In this document: positions 59,020 through 64,000 of the stretch, one piece after another
Position numbering within the stretch: the stretch's first letter is position 1
How the letters are laid out: each line of letters begins with the position of its first letter
DNA from: Chitinophagales bacterium
GTDB taxonomy: Bacteria > Bacteroidota > Bacteroidia > Chitinophagales > UBA10324
Reading direction: 5' to 3'
DNA length: 64,000 bases
Assembly (NCBI GenBank): GCA_044227805.1
Contig: JBGAWA010000001.1
Coordinates: forward strand, 43,740 to 107,739
Notes under the pieces: model-generated
Databases searched by the model: none
Seen by the model: only the letters and a program-made list of their open reading frames with translations
What the model was told of the DNA's origin: nothing
Program-made: the position numbers and the translations under genes

Positions 59020-60114
59020 TCATTGCTTCTTACCCAACACTTCATATAACTGTAGCATCTCCTTCTTCCCTTTAACTGTCACCGGCTCCCATTGTTTCAA
59101 TTCAAAAAGTTCACTGACATGATCCCGGGTTGACTGGTTGATGAGTATTGAATCGGGGAAATCCTTTGTCAGGCTTTCGATACGCTTTGCAATATTCACC
59201 GTATCACCGGTAATGGAATATTCAATCCTGTAGTCGGAGCCAAGATTTCCGGCCACCACAAGACCTGTGTTGATGCCGATGCCGATATGTATTTTCTGTT
59301 TAATTTTTCCTTTCACCGATTCATTGATTGCCTCAAGCCCTTTCACCATATCAAGCGCGCAGTACACGGCATTGCTGTGATTTTCCGGATACGTCAGCGG
59401 CGCGCCAAAGCTGGCAAAAATTTCGTCGCCTATATATTGATTCACATAACCATTATGACGCATGACAGACTGCGACATAACCGTATAAAAATCATTCAGG
59501 AGTTTCACCACTTCCGTCGGGATCAGTTCGCTGCTGATCTCCGTAAAATTGCGGATATCACAAAACAAAGCAGAGACTTCAATCAACTCACCCTGGAAGA
59601 TACCTGCTTCATCGGCTGCGGATAAGGTTCGTTCAATCACCGGTTCAGGCACATACTTCCTGAACAGGCGAAGTGTCTTTTCCATCTCATTCAGGCGAAG
59701 ATTCAGGTTGCTCAGCAGTTCTTTATTCTTTTGCTGAAGCTTGTACAAGTTGATCGCATTATCAATAGTCATGTGCAGTTCATTCTCATCCCACGGCTTG
59801 GTGATGTAACGGAAGATACGCCCTGTATTGATGGCCTGCACGATGGCTTCTATATCGCTGAAACCGGTGAGAATCATGCGTATAGAATCCGGAAATTCAG
59901 GTAATATTTTTTCAAGAAACTGAACACCCGTCATTTCCGGCATACGCTGATCCGTAATAATAATGGGAATCCAGTTTTGCCGCAACAACTGAATGGCTTC
60001 CATGGCAGACTTGGCGGTAAACACCTGGTAATAATGGCGGAAGGTGGCACGGAAAGAAGTGAGGTTATGTTCCTCATCATCAACATAGAGCACGCTGAAT
60101 TTAGAACTGTCCAT
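59020..60114 (-). CDS. response-regulator receiver + class III adenylate/guanylate cyclase domain protein
   Basis: 364 aa. REC motifs: YVDDEE, ITDQRMPEMTG, TKP. A coiled-coil linker follows. Cyclase motifs: FCDIRNFT, YIGDEIFASFG, GDTVNIAKRIE. Confidence 0.9.
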   Translation of the reverse strand: MDSSKFSVLYVDDEEHNLTSFRATFRHYYQVFTAKSAMEAIQLLRQNWIPIIITDQRMPEMTGVQFLEKILPEFPDSIRMILTGFSDIEAIVQAINTGRIFRYITKPWDENELHMTIDNAINLYKLQQKNKELLSNLNLRLNEMEKTLRLFRKYVPEPVIERTLSAADEAGIFQGELIEVSALFCDIRNFTEISSELIPTEVVKLLNDFYTVMSQSVMRHNGYVNQYIGDEIFASFGAPLTYPENHSNAVYCALDMVKGLEAINESVKGKIKQKIHIGIGINTGLVVAGNLGSDYRIEYSITGDTVNIAKRIESLTKDFPDSILINQSTRDHVSELFELKQWEPVTVKGKKEMLQLYEVLGKKQ

Positions 60115-60143
60115 ATATGCGGTTAATTATGTATTGAAGATAT

Positions 60144-63100
60144 CTATTTATTCTGCTGAAGCGGTAGAAGAATAATGAATTCCGTGCCTGCTCCCGGTTC
60201 ACTTTTCACCTCAATTTTTCCATCGTGCTTTTCAATGATACCATAGCTGATTGATAAGCCAAGTCCTGTTCCTTCGCCGACTTGTTTGGTCGTGAAGAAC
60301 GGATCAAATATGTGCTGCTTGATTTCATCAGTCATCCCCTTTCCGGTGTCTTTAATCGAAACAATTACCTGATTATTGCTGACACGTGTTGCAATAGTAA
60401 TTTTTCCCTGCGCGGGAATAGCCTGTATGGCATTATTGAGAATATTGAGGAACACCTGGTTTAACTGTCCGGGATAACATTCAACAAGTGGTAAATCACC
60501 GTATGATTTTACAATTTCGATGCGACCCTTTGTTTTATTTTGCAGGATCGTAAGTGTGGAATCGAGCGCATCGTTCAACTGTGTCATTTTCAATTCACTC
60601 TCATCTGTGCGGGAGAAATTACGCAGTCCCTTAACGATTTCTGTAGTCCGCCTGGCTCCTTCATCAATTCCCGAAAGCAGCTTTCCAATTTCATCCACAA
60701 TCAGCTTCAGGTCAGCATGCTCCCTGAGCTTAATTAATGGCTGCATGGCCTCATCATTCCTTTTTTGATCAATTACCGCATCATACTTGTTGATCAGGTC
60801 AAGCAGTTCGCCGATATCATTTCGCAATGGCGTTACATTGCCTGAAATAAAATTGATAGGGTTATTCAATTCATGGGCAATGCCGGCCGTTAACTGTCCA
60901 AGTGATGCCATCTTTTCTGACTGCACCAGGTGTGATTGCGCCTGCTTGAGGTCATCCAGCGTTTTCTCCAATTCTGCCGATTTATTTTCGACCTTCTGCT
61001 TCTCCAGCTCAATCACTTCTTTCTGATGCAGCACCTGGCTGGTACGTTCCTTCACCGTTGATTCCAGCCTCAGCTTTGCTTCTTTATACCTCCAGACATT
61101 GATCCTCACAATGGCTACTATAGCGAGATACCCAAGCAGAATATAAGTCAGGTAGGCCCACCATGTCCTGTACCACGGCGGAAGGATCACAAATTCAAAA
61201 ACAGATTCACTGCTTTCAATACCATACAGGTTACGCGACTTCACCTTAAACTTATATTCCCCTTCATGCAGGTTGGTGAACTCTTTCTGTGTGGCATTGC
61301 TCCATTCAGACCAGTTAGTGTTTCTGCCTTCCAGGATAAAAGAATATTCCGGAGACTCTTTGGCATTATAGGTGGCTGCTGAAAAACGAAAGGCGATATC
61401 ATTCAATTCATAAGGTATCCTGATGGCAGGCACGTGCGGAGGGGCATTTGTAAAATATCCTGCCGTATTGGTGAAACTGCCGAAAAATATTGTTGAATCA
61501 CCATTAAGTTTTACTGAACGGATAAAACAATTGAAATCAAGCGGCTGGCCGGAATCATGTGCCGGGTTGTAAACAAAAATGCCTTTCTCGCTTCCGATCC
61601 AAATGTAATTTCGCGCATCGCAGAATATACTCCAGACACCTGCTACCGGAAGCCTCGCCAGCGGAACGGTATCCCAAGTTACCGTTCCGTTCATGTATCT
61701 GACAATACCTGTACGTTTTTCAGAATGAACAAGGATATTTCCTCTGCGATCTTCACTGATGACGCTCGCTTCCCTTGTATGCGCGGCGAGCAATTTGCCA
61801 AATGAACTGTCCTGGGAGATCTGCTTTAGTTTTTCATTATAAGAATAAGTGCCTTTCCAGGTTCCGAAATATATTTTATTCCTGACCTTAGAAACCTCCA
61901 ACACCACTAACTCATCTCTCCATCCATGCGACTTGTCTAATGCAATTACTTCTGGATTCAGGTTGATGGTGCCTTGAAAGTTAATCAGGAAGCCACATCC
62001 ATATCCTCCTGCCCACAGCCTTCCAACGGAATCGAACTGTAATGTCTTAATGTCCGATGTTATTCCGTTAATCATACCCATCAACTTCCAGGCCTGCCCA
62101 TTTGGTTGCTGCATGATGCCAATGCCATCTTCCAGTCCGAGAAATACATATTCAGCGTGGAGGGTATCATGTAAAATACATGAAACTCCTTTCGACAAAA
62201 TATTTTTGAAATGTTTTCCGTCATAAACGAGCAGGCTGTCACCACAGCCAACCCAGATACCATCAGGCATCTGTTTCACCACCCACACCTTGCCAGAAAT
62301 CTCTCCCAAGCGTGATACCCGGATAAAATCTTCATTCAGACTGGCCTGGTAGAAACCATTGGTAGTTCCTGCATACAACATGTCGTTAACCCGGCAGATT
62401 GCCAGCACGGTGCCGTCAAGTCCATTGGAATAATCAATAAACGACACGCTGGCGGGATACTCAATCCTGCTTAGTCCGCTGGAAAGGGCAGCCCAGATGC
62501 CATGGTGCTTATCTTCAAAAAGTCCATTCACCTGGTTATCGTTCAGTCCTGATATTTTATTCACTTTTTTAAGCAGTGATCCGCTTTCGCTGATAAAGAA
62601 AACACCTTCCGTTTCTGTTGCCAGCGCAACAGGGCCTGCACTCAGCCTGATGGCTGCATTGATCCTGATATGGATAGGCGATCCGATGGATAAAGCAACC
62701 GACAACATTTTTCCTTTCGCGTCAAACAGGAAAACGCCCTTATCGGCCGTAACTACCATCAATTTATTCTCACCACTCTTTTTATCTTTTATCCTGAACA
62801 TTGTTACGATGTCGGGATTGCCCGGTATAGAAAATGGCCATGTCAATATTTTTCCTTTCACGATATGATAAATACCCTTATCCGTTTGGAAACAGAGTTC
62901 ATCATCAAGCAGCCAACTTGCGCGAAAATCTCCCGGAAGTTCCAGCTTACTGATACGGTGCTGATCATACAGCAACAGGAAATTTTTGGCAATGAAGTAA
63001 ACGGTATCGTGGACGACGTCAGTTTTCAGAACTTCAAAGCTGGAATCCTTTGAGGCTAACAACTCCTTCAGCGGATAAAATACTGTTTGCCCAACGGCAT

Positions 63101-63440
63101 CCGCACCCAGGTATCCAAAGTTGTCCTTGCCACCGAGAAAGATCCTGCCTTTTGTATCCATCACAAGGTTTTCAGAGCCAAGGTAAAGAGCGTCTTCATT
63201 CTCTATTCCCCCCCATTGAGTGCCATCAAATTCCATGAGTGCGCTGCTATTTGCGACATAAATAATACCGCGTTGGTCCTCTATAACATCCCAATTCTGA
63301 GGGCTGGAGCCATATACAAAATCCTGATAGTCCTCCAGTGGAAAATTCCTGATGAAAAGATTACCGGGTTGCGCGAAAAGAGGGACGGCTGTCAACAGGA
63401 TAAGTAAGAGCATCAACACCGTCTTGCCCGGATAAATCAT
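60144..63440 (-). CDS. large sensor histidine kinase: periplasmic two-component-regulator beta-propeller repeats + Y_Y_Y domain + TM + HisKA/HATPase_c
   Basis: 1098 aa with a signal peptide, about 700 aa of propeller-like repeats, YKFKVKSRNLYG (Y_Y_Y), the TM WWAYLTYILLGYLAIVAIV, a coiled coil, the H-box SEKMASLGQLTAGIAHELNNPINF, and DTGKGM and GEGTGLGLS. It has no receiver or HTH domain. It lies 29 bp upstream of the receiver-cyclase gene. Confidence 0.9.
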   Translation of the reverse strand: MIYPGKTVLMLLLILLTAVPLFAQPGNLFIRNFPLEDYQDFVYGSSPQNWDVIEDQRGIIYVANSSALMEFDGTQWGGIENEDALYLGSENLVMDTKGRIFLGGKDNFGYLGADAVGQTVFYPLKELLASKDSSFEVLKTDVVHDTVYFIAKNFLLLYDQHRISKLELPGDFRASWLLDDELCFQTDKGIYHIVKGKILTWPFSIPGNPDIVTMFRIKDKKSGENKLMVVTADKGVFLFDAKGKMLSVALSIGSPIHIRINAAIRLSAGPVALATETEGVFFISESGSLLKKVNKISGLNDNQVNGLFEDKHHGIWAALSSGLSRIEYPASVSFIDYSNGLDGTVLAICRVNDMLYAGTTNGFYQASLNEDFIRVSRLGEISGKVWVVKQMPDGIWVGCGDSLLVYDGKHFKNILSKGVSCILHDTLHAEYVFLGLEDGIGIMQQPNGQAWKLMGMINGITSDIKTLQFDSVGRLWAGGYGCGFLINFQGTINLNPEVIALDKSHGWRDELVVLEVSKVRNKIYFGTWKGTYSYNEKLKQISQDSSFGKLLAAHTREASVISEDRRGNILVHSEKRTGIVRYMNGTVTWDTVPLARLPVAGVWSIFCDARNYIWIGSEKGIFVYNPAHDSGQPLDFNCFIRSVKLNGDSTIFFGSFTNTAGYFTNAPPHVPAIRIPYELNDIAFRFSAATYNAKESPEYSFILEGRNTNWSEWSNATQKEFTNLHEGEYKFKVKSRNLYGIESSESVFEFVILPPWYRTWWAYLTYILLGYLAIVAIVRINVWRYKEAKLRLESTVKERTSQVLHQKEVIELEKQKVENKSAELEKTLDDLKQAQSHLVQSEKMASLGQLTAGIAHELNNPINFISGNVTPLRNDIGELLDLINKYDAVIDQKRNDEAMQPLIKLREHADLKLIVDEIGKLLSGIDEGARRTTEIVKGLRNFSRTDESELKMTQLNDALDSTLTILQNKTKGRIEIVKSYGDLPLVECYPGQLNQVFLNILNNAIQAIPAQGKITIATRVSNNQVIVSIKDTGKGMTDEIKQHIFDPFFTTKQVGEGTGLGLSISYGIIEKHDGKIEVKSEPGAGTEFIILLPLQQNK

Positions 63441-63509
63441 GCAACAGTTGAAATTAATACCTGATTAAATTAAAATATTTATTATTATCTTTCAGAAAAC
63501 TTATCAACT

Positions 63510-63803
63510 ATGCCAAAAGGAATTATTAAGAAGGTAATCCTTACCAACGGCGGATCATCTGATGTTGCTAATATAAGGAATACGGGAATATTAACGGTGC
63601 AGGATAACATAGACGATCCTGCCTGTCCTCCCCCACCTAACGAGATGTTGTTTGCCTCCACAATTCCAGTTCAGGAATCACCCATAAAGCAATATTGGTT
63701 TAGGTACGTGAACCTTGGCGAAGGGAATGACGTGGCGGTAGTTTTTGCTGAAGTTGTTGATATGATTTTCAGACCGGCAGGTAATGCAAAACAACTGGAT
63801 TGA
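63510..63803 (+). CDS. hypothetical 97-aa protein (MPKGIIK family, member 1)
   Basis: The ORF is divergent from the kinase gene. No motif is recognised. Its N-terminus is shared with the next ORF. Confidence 0.45.
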   Translation: MPKGIIKKVILTNGGSSDVANIRNTGILTVQDNIDDPACPPPPNEMLFASTIPVQESPIKQYWFRYVNLGEGNDVAVVFAEVVDMIFRPAGNAKQLD

Positions 63804-63896
63804 AAAGAACCTTACGGAATTAGCTGAACCAATTAAGATCACTCAGGCCACAATTAAATGAGAGACCGGCAATTCATTCACTTAAATAAATTCCCA

Positions 63897-64000
63897 TGCC
63901 AAAAGGTATAATTAAAAGTATCAATTTAACAGACAGTTTTACCATTGCTGACAGCACTTACTACTTCGGTGTCCTGGAATGTACCGATCCCGAAGGCGAC
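63897..64000 (+). CDS. hypothetical protein (MPKGIIK family, member 2), truncated by the window end
   Basis: ATG 63897 gives MPKGIIKSINLTDSFTIADSTYYFGVLECTDPEGD..., with the same first 7 residues as 63510..63803. Confidence 0.4.

Noticed and set aside
1-64000. A classical mobile genetic island, prophage or defence locus.
   Set aside because: I recognised no integrase, transposase, recombinase, phage structural gene, restriction-modification gene, toxin-antitoxin gene or known defence-system gene in any frame. No tRNA gene is available as an integration site.

Overview
This 64-kb chromosomal segment looks like a Bacteroidota genome. Four secreted proteins carry type-A T9SS C-terminal sorting domains, gldE-gldD sits next to ssb-mutY, and there is a bS22-type mini ribosomal protein and many lipoproteins and outer-membrane (OM) proteins. 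I count about 50 protein genes. They include housekeeping genes (purB 3' part, fmt, dapF, htrA-like, icd, ssb, mutY, HU, RNase G), envelope and secreted proteins, a P-type ATPase, assorted small enzymes, and a dense set of signalling genes. I recognised no rRNA, tRNA, CRISPR array, transposase, integrase or phage gene. Four things deserve a second look. (1) A ~162-bp non-coding element with imperfect terminal inverted repeats and two internal hairpins. It occurs in 5 near-identical copies, at least 3 diverged copies and several end fragments, all intergenic, and the long central stem shows base-pair covariation between copies. (2) A ~6.7-kb block (52.1-58.8 kb) where almost every gene is broken by frameshifts or stop codons, while the other ~57 kb is essentially intact. 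The block is bracketed by two inverted copies of the element. (3) A DtxR-family regulator divergent from an operon encoding a di-haem cytochrome c lipoprotein, a Rieske protein and an OM barrel, with a perfect 7-2-7 palindrome in the shared promoter region. (4) Unusual two-component outputs: a receiver fused to a thioredoxin-reductase-like protein that lacks the CxxC motif, and receiver-cyclases with non-canonical specificity residues. All calls rest on reading the translations and sequence by eye; no database search was possible.
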